Of a stretch of DNA of 64,000 bases, positions 19,675-30,064 are shown piece by piece (the first letter of the stretch is position 1; every line of letters starts with the position of its first letter). The DNA is from a virus. The DNA is taken from the IMG/VR virus record IMGVR_UViG_3300008108_007904, one strand, 5' to 3'. Both the position numbers and the translations under genes were made by a program. Below the pieces are notes generated by a model. It did not search any database and was not told where the DNA came from. It was given only the letters and a program-made list of their open reading frames with translations.

Positions 19675-20258
19675 GATATAACTTTCGTAGTCGCGATAAA
19701 AATATCTTCATTCATCTTGTAAAATAACTCAATTACATCTTTCATAAAACTCTCAGCATTACTATCATCGAGATTAGTAGAATATGCAAACGCAGGAGCC
19801 TTCTTACCTGCAGTTATATTAATACCCGTATGGCCGAGCGCTACATTATTTTTAGAGTATGTAATACTTACACTGCATTTACCCTTCATCTGTGTTACGC
19901 CACCTTGAGCATGCTCTTTATGTACAATTAAATCATCACCATCTACTTCGATAGGAGCTTTAATATATTTAAAGCTTAAAATATTTGCTATCTGTGTATT
20001 GAACAATCTCTGCCAAGAAACAGCACCAAACGGATCAAGATTCGGTATCTCCCATAAAAAATTTATAGCATCCTGACTATAGATAAAATCATTATTGAGT
20101 ACATCTTCAGTATCAATCATACCTTCAGCTTCTACGTGCATCGGTGCCCTAAAAGCAATGATATTGCCAATTGGAAGAGTTCTTTCTCTAAAATATTTGT
20201 AAGCAAATCTATTATGAAGGATCTTACCGTCGTAATTTTTAATATCAGTTATAATCAT
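19671..20258 (-). CDS. DUF366-like protein (biotin/lipoate-ligase fold)
   Basis: YDG..LH..FAY, IIAFRAPM, MID.ED, QRL, DGDDL, K.SVSI, HTGINI. Confidence 0.7.
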   Translation of the reverse strand: MIITDIKNYDGKILHNRFAYKYFRERTLPIGNIIAFRAPMHVEAEGMIDTEDVLNNDFIYSQDAINFLWEIPNLDPFGAVSWQRLFNTQIANILSFKYIKAPIEVDGDDLIVHKEHAQGGVTQMKGKCSVSITYSKNNVALGHTGINITAGKKAPAFAYSTNLDDSNAESFMKDVIELFYKMNEDIFIATTKVIS

Positions 20259-20297
20259 ACAAGCGATAGTATAGCTGATACTAATACAAATTCAAGC

Positions 20298-21053
20298 TTA
20301 TCTACCGTGAATAAGCAATTGTCCCCACTCTTTTTCCTCGCCTTGTCGGTAATTGTTACCGTGTTGTGTGAGATCAGTATAGGCTTTAAATTTATATTTT
20401 TTAATTAATAAACTATATACAGATTGATCATGTCTATGACAAACAAATGCCGGATAATTCGGTAATCCTTGTGTGTTGTCACGCTCGGTAATAATGCGAT
20501 CATCTTGACAGAATGCTAGCCATTCTTCAACAAACTTTACAGATACAGAATCTTTTCTTAAAAAAAGAAATCCTGCATGAAGTTGACCTGAAAGCTCCCC
20601 AGTCCAGAACTGCTCTTCATTGCATCCCATAAGCACAAAGGCGTCTCTTTTTGTTGCATCACGTTCATCACCTTTACCGTCGTTAATTTTAAACGGTACG
20701 ATACTTTGTGTTTTAAGTTTTTGAAAAATAGGATTTAAACTTTCTTTCTGCGTAATCGTTACATCGACATAACCGAGAATATCACCTTCCGACATTCTAT
20801 CTAAACACCGTTTTATTAAGTAAGGTTTCCATACCCAAAAATTAGCTCTTAAAGCACCCGATCCACCATGTACACTATCAAATATATGTTTATTTTTTTC
20901 TCTAAACTCTGGTAATATATTTGTCTCGTTGCATTGATATATAATATCAAATTCTTTGCACTTTACAAAAGATTGTATACATAGCTGTTGATACAAAGAA
21001 TAGTGATTATTCGTTGTCGCGTATGTAAGTAATATTTTTTTAGAATCAGCCAT
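20298..21053 (-). CDS. Putative glycosyltransferase
   Basis: FWVWKPYLI, YVD, HRHDQSV.SLL. Confidence 0.65.
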   Translation of the reverse strand: MADSKKILLTYATTNNHYSLYQQLCIQSFVKCKEFDIIYQCNETNILPEFREKNKHIFDSVHGGSGALRANFWVWKPYLIKRCLDRMSEGDILGYVDVTITQKESLNPIFQKLKTQSIVPFKINDGKGDERDATKRDAFVLMGCNEEQFWTGELSGQLHAGFLFLRKDSVSVKFVEEWLAFCQDDRIITERDNTQGLPNYPAFVCHRHDQSVYSLLIKKYKFKAYTDLTQHGNNYRQGEEKEWGQLLIHGR

Positions 21054-22047
21054 TTAGCTGACCATTTATCCATTCATATGTTTTTGCAATACCGCTTTCG
21101 AGTGGTAGCGAAGGTTCCCAATTAAGCGTACTACGTAAAAGTTTATTATCAGAATTACGTCCTCTAACACCTGTTGGGCCAGGTATGTGTTTTATGCTAA
21201 TCTGTTTACCTGCGACTTTTGCAGCGATCTCTACAAGCTGATCAATAGTAACCATTTCCTCAGAACCGATGTTTACCGGTCCACTAAAGTCAGAATTCAT
21301 CAATCTTCTTACTGCTTCAACACATTCATCAACATATAAAAAGCTACGTGTCTGTTTTCCGTCACCCCAAATTTCGACCTCACCACCTGTGACAGCTTGT
21401 GCTACCTTTCTACATACTGCAGCCGGTGCTTTTTCTTTTCCATTATTCCACGACCCTAATGGGCCAAAGATATTATGAAATCTTGCAATTCTTACATCTA
21501 GACCATGGTTTCTCTTGTAAGCGAGATAAAGCCGTTCGCTGAAAAGCTTTTCCCAGCCGTATTCCGAATCGGGGTTAGCAGGGTATGCAGAACTTTCTTC
21601 ACAATTAGGGTTGTTCGGATCGAGCTGATTATGCTCCGGGTACATACATGCACTGCTACTGTAAAATATTTTACGTACACCATGTGTGCGCGCTATTTCT
21701 GCAACGTTTAGGTTTATTAAAGCCGAATTATGCATTACACTCGCATCATTTTCACCTGAAAAGATGTAACCTGCACCACCCATATCCGCTGCTAACTGAT
21801 ACACTTCATCAATAGGGTAGATACTATCTTTTCCACTCACTGATCGTTGCTCAGGACCATAAAGTACCTGGCTTACTATCTTTACATCACGTAAATCTCC
21901 TACAGTAAAAACATCTGCCTGTGTTGTAGAAAATTCTGGTAATTTAAGATCAACACCATGTACCCAGTATCCTTCACTTTTTAACCGATTAACCAGATGG
22001 TTACCTATAAATCCACCTGCACCTAAAACTACTGCTGTTTTCTTCAT
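21046..22047 (-). CDS. NAD-dependent epimerase, GDP-mannose 3,5-epimerase-like
   Basis: GAGGFIG, QLAADMGGAGYI, YSSSACMYP, YGWEK, RFHNIFGP, EKAPAA, GVRGRNSDN. Confidence 0.88.
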   Translation of the reverse strand: MKKTAVVLGAGGFIGNHLVNRLKSEGYWVHGVDLKLPEFSTTQADVFTVGDLRDVKIVSQVLYGPEQRSVSGKDSIYPIDEVYQLAADMGGAGYIFSGENDASVMHNSALINLNVAEIARTHGVRKIFYSSSACMYPEHNQLDPNNPNCEESSAYPANPDSEYGWEKLFSERLYLAYKRNHGLDVRIARFHNIFGPLGSWNNGKEKAPAAVCRKVAQAVTGGEVEIWGDGKQTRSFLYVDECVEAVRRLMNSDFSGPVNIGSEEMVTIDQLVEIAAKVAGKQISIKHIPGPTGVRGRNSDNKLLRSTLNWEPSLPLESGIAKTYEWINGQLNG

Positions 22048-22077
22048 ATAACTAATTTATTAAAGATATAAAAAAAT

Positions 22078-23439
22078 TCAATTAATTGTTTTTATCCACG
22101 AAAAATCATCGAATGTAAAGTCGGGCTCCCCTATAGTATCATAGACAGCACGTCTTACATCACTATTGTTTATATCGTGGCCACCGAGAATACCACCCCC
22201 TTTTAAGCATCGACGCCACGCATTAATATCTGCAACTACATCATCATATTTGTGTGATGCATCGATATAAATAAAGTCGAGCTTTTGAGGTGTAAATAGC
22301 TTACTTACATCAACACTGCTACCTTTAATTTTTTCAATCTTACTATTACCTTTAATGTTAGCGTCAAACATACGCTCCACTTCTTTCATATTACCGCGTT
22401 CAGAAGCTAAATCACTTTTATCATAAAAATCCATCCATCTATCTACTGCAACAATTTTATCAATTTTATCACTACTAGCCCATATCAATGTTGATTCACC
22501 GTAATAGCAACCTACCTCAACCATTACAGTACCAGGTTTAAGTTTCTCGATAATGTCTCGCATACCTTTATCGTGTTCAGGTCTCATCTCTGTACCTCTT
22601 ATTAATTGTATATTGTGTTCCATTTTATAATTTCTATCTGTTATCTTATATAGCCATTCCTTTACTTCACCAGTAAAAAACCGATCGAAATCTTGCTTAG
22701 GGTAACCTGTCGAAGACCCGCCAGCTACATGTAAAATTTTTGTAAGTAAAGGTATACCGAAGCCATTATCAATGAATAACTGATCGTTACATAAATAGCT
22801 CTCTCTCCAACTATCCCAATGTGTATGTTTGCCCCATGCATTACATAAACCATAAGAAATACCGGAACCTACAGGATCTAAATATCTTACTTTATATTTG
22901 TCGCTATTAACTATACAGTTAAGTATATCTTGCTCAATACTAGGAAAATTGTTACCGTATTTCTTATTAGCTTTCGTCCAATCATCCCATAATTCTTTAT
23001 TTTTTATAACATATAACCCTGCATTGATATATTTCATTAAAGGTATATCCTCATGTTTAAACGGGTCGTGTATTGTTATGCCTTTATGCATTCCTGCAGA
23101 TCCGATATCGGTGTTATTTCTAACTACAGCAATATCATAATCACCTTCAAAAATATCACTAAGATCACCTGTAATTGTGCTATCGGCATCAATAAATGCG
23201 ATTGCTTCATATTCATTGTATAATCCGCGACCAATTATTGATTTATAATAATATGCTTTATGCCTCTCATCTGAAGCAGGCCAGCCGTCATCATCTAACA
23301 ACGCTTTTAATTTCTCACTATCAAAAATAATAAGCGGTATATCAGGGTGAAAGTAGTTGAGACTATTAATGAGATAATCGATACGAACGTTTTTACCATA
23401 GTTTTCATCAGTGCAGACGGTAACAAAACACTTTTTCAT
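22078..23439 (-). CDS. GT8-like glycosyltransferase fused to a class I methyltransferase
   Basis: FIDAD, INAG, EQDILN in the N-terminal part; VEVGCYYGES, IYIDASH.Y, GGHD in the C-terminal part. Confidence 0.8.
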   Translation of the reverse strand: MKKCFVTVCTDENYGKNVRIDYLINSLNYFHPDIPLIIFDSEKLKALLDDDGWPASDERHKAYYYKSIIGRGLYNEYEAIAFIDADSTITGDLSDIFEGDYDIAVVRNNTDIGSAGMHKGITIHDPFKHEDIPLMKYINAGLYVIKNKELWDDWTKANKKYGNNFPSIEQDILNCIVNSDKYKVRYLDPVGSGISYGLCNAWGKHTHWDSWRESYLCNDQLFIDNGFGIPLLTKILHVAGGSSTGYPKQDFDRFFTGEVKEWLYKITDRNYKMEHNIQLIRGTEMRPEHDKGMRDIIEKLKPGTVMVEVGCYYGESTLIWASSDKIDKIVAVDRWMDFYDKSDLASERGNMKEVERMFDANIKGNSKIEKIKGSSVDVSKLFTPQKLDFIYIDASHKYDDVVADINAWRRCLKGGGILGGHDINNSDVRRAVYDTIGEPDFTFDDFSWIKTIN

Positions 23440-23930
23440 ATTTTTTCTCCTACCGCAATAAATGCACTGTTTAAATCCTTTTCACTTACAAAAATATTTG
23501 TATATCCGTTATCATTCATATAGTCGCGTAAAAACATAGGTAAGAATATAGACTTATGCTTGGTGTTATGCCATGGTCTCCAATATTCCTGATCATAGTG
23601 AGGTAAATAAAGAAATAGTACACCACCGCTTTTAAGCTTACTTTTCCAATATTCAAGTACTTGCACCCAATTATCAAGATGTTCTAAACAATGACTCGAA
23701 AAAATATAGTCAACAGGTTCATCAGGTAAATTAGTAGCACTATAACCATCATTATAACATAAATCAATGCCACGTGCACCAGGTAATTTCCATTCTTCTC
23801 TATTACATCCGATATCATACCCTTTACCGCGACATAGCCATCTAGCGAAAGGTATTGCAAATTGTGCTGCATTTCCTTGAGCTTGAAAATAAGGGTATTT
23901 TTTATCTTTAAATGTTATTGTCTCTATCAT
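23436..23930 (-). CDS. SAM-dependent methyltransferase
   Basis: DIGC, DYIFSSHCLEH, LKSGGVLFLYLP. Confidence 0.85.
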   Translation of the reverse strand: MIETITFKDKKYPYFQAQGNAAQFAIPFARWLCRGKGYDIGCNREEWKLPGARGIDLCYNDGYSATNLPDEPVDYIFSSHCLEHLDNWVQVLEYWKSKLKSGGVLFLYLPHYDQEYWRPWHNTKHKSIFLPMFLRDYMNDNGYTNIFVSEKDLNSAFIAVGEKI

Positions 23931-24661
23931 ACTTGTTTATACTGCCATGGTTTTCTCCAAATAAATTTTGTTTGAAGATATGACGGTGGTTGTGGTTTTT
24001 GTGTTCTCGAGTATAAGAATAAATTTTTTGCATGTAAATCTAACGTTTCGCAAATATATGTAAAGCTGGTGTCCACAAGGTGAATATTTTCTGCTTGCTC
24101 TAATACCTTACACCAATCAAATATAGTAAATCCTTTTTTAATATCAATAAAAACGATACGTGAATTATCTTGTGGTAACTCGATATGCCCGGATTTCATA
24201 TCGGGCGGTGAACCGTAAGTAGTTCCTACTAAAGTATATTTTTCGTTATCTTTAAGATTAAGAATCTTATAATATAATTCATTTTCTTTTTGTTTATTTC
24301 TCTGGTATGCAAAAAAGTTATACCAATCGCCCCACTTCGCGTCTATAATATTATATTTTGATTTTAATATAAGATCATCATCCATTTCATCAGCGCGCTG
24401 TAATGGTAAATATAATAGATCTGGTTGATGTATTATATTTCTCGGGTCATTAATGTATACATCCTTAAAAGGAAAATCCTCATTTACGTTACAAAATACC
24501 AGTTTGTCTTGCTTAATATAATCCTTAATAAACAAAAATTCAGGAATAACAGGCCAATATACGATATCCGCAACATGTCCTTGAATTATCTTTTTTGCTA
24601 TTTTTAAAGTAAAAAAGATATCACCAAGCCCTGCAGGTTGTCTTATTAGACATGTTTTCAT
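23927..24661 (-). CDS. Putative GT-B glycosyltransferase-like protein
   Basis: QPAGLGD N-terminal motif, IHLVDTSF. Confidence 0.5.
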   Translation of the reverse strand: MKTCLIRQPAGLGDIFFTLKIAKKIIQGHVADIVYWPVIPEFLFIKDYIKQDKLVFCNVNEDFPFKDVYINDPRNIIHQPDLLYLPLQRADEMDDDLILKSKYNIIDAKWGDWYNFFAYQRNKQKENELYYKILNLKDNEKYTLVGTTYGSPPDMKSGHIELPQDNSRIVFIDIKKGFTIFDWCKVLEQAENIHLVDTSFTYICETLDLHAKNLFLYSRTQKPQPPSYLQTKFIWRKPWQYKQV

Positions 24662-25275
24662 AACAGCGCAATATGAATACCACGCCCATATGCCGTTTCG
24701 GTTAATCTATAACCTGGGTTTATTTCATGAAGCGCATTAACAATTTGTTCGTGATTAGGGAAATTTTGATGTCCCATATCAGGGCCATCGTCAATACATA
24801 TGATATGATCTTTTCTCGTGGAAAATGTGTTAATTGAATTTAATTCCTGTATTAAAGGTACTTCACTTGTACCATTATGTGCATCTAACCAGATAAAAAA
24901 CCGCTCTGTTGGGCTTTGTGTGAGAATATGTTCAATAAAAGAAGGTGAATTGCCGTTGTAGAAATGTATATTGGGGAATTGCTTTTTAATAGCTGAATAG
25001 TGTTCAAAGCCGTGATATTGCGGGTATTTTTCTACGGTATGCACATTTTCAAATAAACCGGCTAAGTGCATGGATGTAGCTCCTGAAAAAGTACCTGTCT
25101 CTATAGCAGAGGTGACATCGCTGTGGTCTTTAATCTCACCGCTTTTGCAATAATGCAGCAAACACTTTACAACAGTTGGCGTGGTATCGACATGACCGTT
25201 CTGACAATAATTTATTTTTTGAAGATGTGAAGGGTAAAGATTTTCTTCATATTGTTCGTACGTATTATATTTCAT
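24658..25275 (-). CDS. Methyltransferase-like protein
   Basis: IETGTFSG, GNS, FIWLDAH, ICIDD. Confidence 0.7.
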   Translation of the reverse strand: MKYNTYEQYEENLYPSHLQKINYCQNGHVDTTPTVVKCLLHYCKSGEIKDHSDVTSAIETGTFSGATSMHLAGLFENVHTVEKYPQYHGFEHYSAIKKQFPNIHFYNGNSPSFIEHILTQSPTERFFIWLDAHNGTSEVPLIQELNSINTFSTRKDHIICIDDGPDMGHQNFPNHEQIVNALHEINPGYRLTETAYGRGIHIALL

Positions 25276-25283
25276 ATTATAAG

Positions 25284-26096
25284 TCAGTTAAAAAGGAAGG
25301 GATACTTTTCAAATAACCAATCTTCAGGTATCTCATATTTTTCTTTTTTAATTAAGTCGAAATTATTCTCAATATAAGGTATAAGCTCGTTATATTTCTC
25401 AACTGTTAAGTTATTAATGATACTCTCGAGATCCTCCATTGTATCAAAAGTAATAATACCTTTCATATCAAAAAAGCTCGATACATTACTACCCCAATAT
25501 ATTGGCACTGTGCGACAAGCAAAACAATCGAGAATTTTTTCAGAAAAATAATAGTCTGTTCTTGAATTTTCAAGAACAATAGAAAAATAATAATCTCTTA
25601 ATCCCTCTTCTTTATGTTCAACAAACTTAAATCCGCGACCAAAATGATCTACTTTGTTATTAAACTTGCGTATTACTTCTTGTCTAAATGCATGTCCCGG
25701 TGTAAATTGTTTATCCGATGCAATCATTGAACACATTTTAGACTTTTCAGGCTTTGAGAAGTCCTTTATCCAGCACGCACCGAATGGATAGAAGAGAAAA
25801 TTTCTACCTGAGTCAAGTAATTCCTTATCAAAGGTAAGAATGTAATCAAATTTCTTATAATTTTCATCAACAAATTTATATATGTCTGGTAAAATTGCAG
25901 GTGGTTCGATGAGCATGCCAATCTTACGTTTTGCATTGCATTTATCTACGAGATGTAAATATCTATCTGTAATAAAACAGCTATTACTAGCTATTCTATT
26001 TTCACGACACCACTTAAAGTGTGATGCTTTTTTTTCATGAGTCATTGACTCGGGATGATGTTGAAAATTAAAGTCTCGTATATTTATTTCTTTCAT
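25284..26096 (-). CDS. GT10 (alpha-1,3-fucosyltransferase-like) glycosyltransferase
   Basis: YYFSIVLENS..DYYFSEKILDCF...VPIYWG. Confidence 0.85.
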   Translation of the reverse strand: MKEINIRDFNFQHHPESMTHEKKASHFKWCRENRIASNSCFITDRYLHLVDKCNAKRKIGMLIEPPAILPDIYKFVDENYKKFDYILTFDKELLDSGRNFLFYPFGACWIKDFSKPEKSKMCSMIASDKQFTPGHAFRQEVIRKFNNKVDHFGRGFKFVEHKEEGLRDYYFSIVLENSRTDYYFSEKILDCFACRTVPIYWGSNVSSFFDMKGIITFDTMEDLESIINNLTVEKYNELIPYIENNFDLIKKEKYEIPEDWLFEKYPFLFN

Positions 26097-26911
26097 TTAG
26101 CATTAATAATTTGTTGTATACCACTACGAATATCGGTTTTAGGTTGCCAGTAATTTAGAATACTACCGTTTGGTTCATTCTTTATACCATTTTGCACTTT
26201 ATCACTTGTCTTTCCAGGTATTATTTTAGTGCCCGGGAAGAACGATGCAACTATTTCTGCAATATCTTTAATCTTTGTCCAAGTAAAGCTTGTTATATGT
26301 AACGGAATCGAGGAGTCAATAGCGTCATAGCATTGCGCTAGTTTGTATAGACATTGTGAACAGTCGTCAGCAAATAGAAATTGTCTCTCTTCTTCACCGT
26401 CAGTGAGCATACTAATAGTTTTTGTGTCACGTGCTTTTTTAATAAAATCTGTTACGACGTGAAATTTTTCTTCATCGTGCTCTACCCCGTAAACGTTCCA
26501 GAACTTCACTGTCTTACCACCAAGTATCTCTGTATAGTGCTCACCAAGCAATTTGCATGCACCGTAAGGTGAATGCCCCATTGACGCCATCTGTGAGGAC
26601 GCAAAAATAAATTTTTTATTGTATTTTTGTAAAAGGCTAAATACAGTATCCATCATTCTCGAATTATTAAGAATTAATTGAATAGACCTTTGATTCTTTG
26701 CAAGGTATCTCGAACCACCAACATCGTAAGCAAGAAAGTATACAAAATCAGATTGACGTATTTTTTGTTCAATAATAGAAGATGTATATCGTAAGTCTTC
26801 TTGTTCGCCTCTCACAATATCAATCTCTTCAACATCGACATTTATACTGTTTAAGTATGTTGTAAGTGATGCACCGATTTGACCACAAGAGCCGAGTACT
26901 AAATATTTCAT
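26093..26911 (-). CDS. NAD-dependent nucleotide-sugar epimerase/dehydratase
   Basis: GSCGQIG, FASS, YGACK, NVYG, RQFLFADD. Start set at ATG 26911 (ATGA overlap). Confidence 0.85.
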   Translation of the reverse strand: MKYLVLGSCGQIGASLTTYLNSINVDVEEIDIVRGEQEDLRYTSSIIEQKIRQSDFVYFLAYDVGGSRYLAKNQRSIQLILNNSRMMDTVFSLLQKYNKKFIFASSQMASMGHSPYGACKLLGEHYTEILGGKTVKFWNVYGVEHDEEKFHVVTDFIKKARDTKTISMLTDGEEERQFLFADDCSQCLYKLAQCYDAIDSSIPLHITSFTWTKIKDIAEIVASFFPGTKIIPGKTSDKVQNGIKNEPNGSILNYWQPKTDIRSGIQQIINAK

Positions 26912-27753
26912 AATATTATTTTTGTCCATGACTGAGGTAAGAAGGTTGATAAGTTTAAATTCAAGTTTCTACCAAACCACATATTTTCTTCCATTGCTAT
27001 AACACGTTTATCCTTATTACTGTTTAGCCATGCACCCCACCACCCGAACGTTGATGAAGTAAGTATATTATGCTTACATCTTGACATTAAAAATAACTCT
27101 ATTACATTAGGATAATATGGTTTATCGGTTACAAGACCGGCATGTAGGTTGTCACAAGCTTGCTCGTTATCAATAAATGTAAAATCATAATCCTTAAACC
27201 ATTTTTTTACAAGTTGTATGTTGTCTGAAAAAACTACATATCGATAATTTTTACCAAACTCTTTAAATGCTTTTTGCAAATATTCAGTAGGAGGCGGTGT
27301 ATGGTTCACTGGATCATCATCTTTTGATCTCGTTTGCGTTCTTACATGTACTGCTACTGTATCATTTGCAGACAATATATCTTTATACTGTGTATTCAGT
27401 ATATTACTAATCTCATCTGAGGGTGCAAAAAGTTCATTTCGAACATAATCCTCGCAATCTTTAAAATATAATTCAGATTGAAAATACCCTTCAATAGACA
27501 TATTTTCTTGAAAAGGAATTTCTTCATAATTATGTGCTTTTTCTTTAAAAACATAACTTACTTCCTGTGTATTAAGTGTCTCTTGTATAGGGTTTTTAAG
27601 TATACGAGAGTATGTCTTAAGTTGTTTACCGCAAATCCATTTCGGAAAAACAGCACTAGTATTATTGCGCTTTGCAAGAGCAGTTGTAGTAGCTATTTGA
27701 AATAGTTGATTACCTAGTTCACCGTAGCGACCCAGCATGTGAAATGTTACCAT
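26908..27753 (-). CDS. GT11 alpha-1,2-fucosyltransferase-like protein
   Basis: GELGNQLFQ, GYFQSE.YF, AVHVR, FSD, STFGWWGAWL. Confidence 0.9.
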   Translation of the reverse strand: MVTFHMLGRYGELGNQLFQIATTTALAKRNNTSAVFPKWICGKQLKTYSRILKNPIQETLNTQEVSYVFKEKAHNYEEIPFQENMSIEGYFQSELYFKDCEDYVRNELFAPSDEISNILNTQYKDILSANDTVAVHVRTQTRSKDDDPVNHTPPPTEYLQKAFKEFGKNYRYVVFSDNIQLVKKWFKDYDFTFIDNEQACDNLHAGLVTDKPYYPNVIELFLMSRCKHNILTSSTFGWWGAWLNSNKDKRVIAMEENMWFGRNLNLNLSTFLPQSWTKIIL

Positions 27754-27758
27754 ATATT

Positions 27759-28565
27759 TTATATATCCCAGGTCTTTATATAATCCTCTAAAATATGTCT
27801 CGGCTGAGTCTCAACCCAGCCGCAGAGCAATCTGTTTCTTTCGTAATGTTCATGATTATCTTTTGCGCTTGCTCCTTCACCATCATGAGGTAGATGCCAC
27901 ATTGGTCTATCATTAATACGCTCTACATCATAACCAAGAATATGAACACGCTTTGCTATCTCATCATCCTCATACCCCCATCCACGAAAGTTTGGATTGT
28001 ATCCTTTAAACTTATTAAAGATGTCTTTTCTCGACATAACACAACCACCAACAGAGTGGTTGTGTACTATCCATATATTTTCATTTTGAAAATATACCTG
28101 TCTTGTATTAGGTAAGTGTACTGCTAGATCATTATAATCTAGTGTTTGCTCAAATCGATTCTTTACCGGTAATTTCGTATAAATAAAGAGTCCGTCATAC
28201 GGATAGACGAGCCCTGTGTTATCTGATTCTAGCAGTCTGTTGCGTCCTTGTAAGATTTGTTCGGGGTGAAGAATAATATCTGTGTCGTGAAATATAAGAA
28301 TATTATTGTCGCTTAATTTCGCGCCTGCGTTAAAACCGCGTGCCTTTATCCACTCACCGGTGTTTATCATGTGTACATATTTGTCATTATCATGCAATTT
28401 TACATGCTCGAGCAAAACGGGTTTGGTTGTATCCTCAAAAAAGATGTATTGGAAATTAGTACAGTGCTTACGGTAGTATTCAGTAACTATTTTAATATTA
28501 CGTAAGCGTTCGTATGTATCAATACGGACATGAAAACAGAATGTGGTTCCTTGTAGATCAAACAT
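27759..28565 (-). CDS. GT2/GT7-like glycosyltransferase
   Basis: FHDTD, GG, GYNPNFRGWGYEDDE, HLPH. Confidence 0.85.
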   Translation of the reverse strand: MFDLQGTTFCFHVRIDTYERLRNIKIVTEYYRKHCTNFQYIFFEDTTKPVLLEHVKLHDNDKYVHMINTGEWIKARGFNAGAKLSDNNILIFHDTDIILHPEQILQGRNRLLESDNTGLVYPYDGLFIYTKLPVKNRFEQTLDYNDLAVHLPNTRQVYFQNENIWIVHNHSVGGCVMSRKDIFNKFKGYNPNFRGWGYEDDEIAKRVHILGYDVERINDRPMWHLPHDGEGASAKDNHEHYERNRLLCGWVETQPRHILEDYIKTWDI

Positions 28566-28566
28566 A

Positions 28567-30030
28567 TCACTTAATAATAACGCCGATTCCCATCTTACCT
28601 TCTGGTGATTTGAGTATTTCCTTATACTCGTAATTGTTTTTTATTTCATTCCAAAACTTACTACCTCCACCCTCCTCGTTGACAGCGATATCGTGGAATG
28701 CTACTACTCCACCCTTACGCACCAAGGAGCCGTATGTATTAAAATCATGCTTGATAGCGTCATACATATGATTACCATCAATAAACAAGAAATCGAGTTC
28801 AGGTGTTATTGTGCGTGTAATACCTGAAGTATATTGCTCAAAACTTGAGAACGGTAATACATGTAAATTGACGTTATTCTGTCTAGCCCATCTCTTCCAA
28901 AGAATAAGATGACCGTATTCTTGTTGATTAACTCTCGGATCCTGTGACCCGGTAAAAAAGCGTACCGGTAAATCTATTGAAACTATTGTTGTACCAGGCG
29001 ATGATGCCTTGATATAACGACCGAGAGTCCAGCCAAGTAGAGATCCTATTTCACATACATTTTTTGGGTTTAATTTTTTATATATTTTTAATAATTCGTT
29101 AAACTCCTCTTCAACCTGTGAACCAGGTGGTATTTCATCAACAACTTGACCCTCTGCAGCAAGCTGTAATAATTTTTCACGACGTTTAGATATAGAGAGC
29201 TGGTTAATTACAAGATGGTCACTAGCGATAGGTGGTTGATTCGGATAATGGCCGTGTTTTTTGAGATATTTCTCTCTGCCTCCGTAAACATTCTTTTGCC
29301 ATTCTTCTGATTTAGAAGCGATACTACTTTTATCGATAGCGCCAGGTGCTTCGGTTAAGTAGAGTTCCGAATCTGCTATATCCGCAAACCACCAGAACGG
29401 TGGATGGTATCCCGCCTTTGCAATGCGATAAGTCAGGTCGACGTGTTCCCAGGCGTTATAAAACTGTTCATCATGTAACCCTACCTCTTCAATAACATCA
29501 CGATGAAAATATGAAAACATCGCTACAGTGTGCTCATAAAGAGCAATTCTTACCCCGTTTGGATATTCAATAATTTTTTTTGGATTCGGTTCTGAATCTT
29601 GCTTACATTCGTGTCGATTATGTAAATCGAATTGAAAATCTTGTTTTCGGTTAAATGGGCTACCCGGACCATAGTTAAAATGCAAAATACCTGTGGTTTT
29701 TGATGCATTAATATATGCTTCAAATATTTCAGGTTTTAAAATAATAATATCATCTTCAAGAATAAAAATATGTTCAACATCTTTTGCGAGAAGAGTTTTA
29801 ATGCAGTCATTTTTTGAGATGCCTACACCTCTGTTGATTGGGTGATTGACAATATGTACATTTTGCTTTTTTGTATAAATCGTTTCATCAATTTTATTTT
29901 TTCCATCATTAACTATAACAAGAGGTACGTCGTTACCAACGTTTTCCGGTAGCGAGTCAATACATAATTTTAAAAAATCCGGTCTATCGCATGTTACTAT
30001 ACCAACACCAAAGTTTATCGAGTTCATCAT
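28567..30030 (-). CDS. GT2 glycosyltransferase fused to a methyltransferase
   Basis: GIVTCDR, VNDG, ILEDD, EHVD in the N-terminal part; EIGS, FIDGNH.Y, FHD in the C-terminal part. Confidence 0.85.
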   Translation of the reverse strand: MMNSINFGVGIVTCDRPDFLKLCIDSLPENVGNDVPLVIVNDGKNKIDETIYTKKQNVHIVNHPINRGVGISKNDCIKTLLAKDVEHIFILEDDIIILKPEIFEAYINASKTTGILHFNYGPGSPFNRKQDFQFDLHNRHECKQDSEPNPKKIIEYPNGVRIALYEHTVAMFSYFHRDVIEEVGLHDEQFYNAWEHVDLTYRIAKAGYHPPFWWFADIADSELYLTEAPGAIDKSSIASKSEEWQKNVYGGREKYLKKHGHYPNQPPIASDHLVINQLSISKRREKLLQLAAEGQVVDEIPPGSQVEEEFNELLKIYKKLNPKNVCEIGSLLGWTLGRYIKASSPGTTIVSIDLPVRFFTGSQDPRVNQQEYGHLILWKRWARQNNVNLHVLPFSSFEQYTSGITRTITPELDFLFIDGNHMYDAIKHDFNTYGSLVRKGGVVAFHDIAVNEEGGGSKFWNEIKNNYEYKEILKSPEGKMGIGVIIK

Positions 30031-30050
30031 TGAATAATATGGTATTTTAA

Positions 30051-30058
30051 TATAAATA
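30051..30058 (+). promoter_or_regulatory. gp55-type late promoter
   Basis: TATAAATA, 6 nt before ATG at 30065. Confidence 0.75.
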
Positions 30059-30064
30059 ATGATA

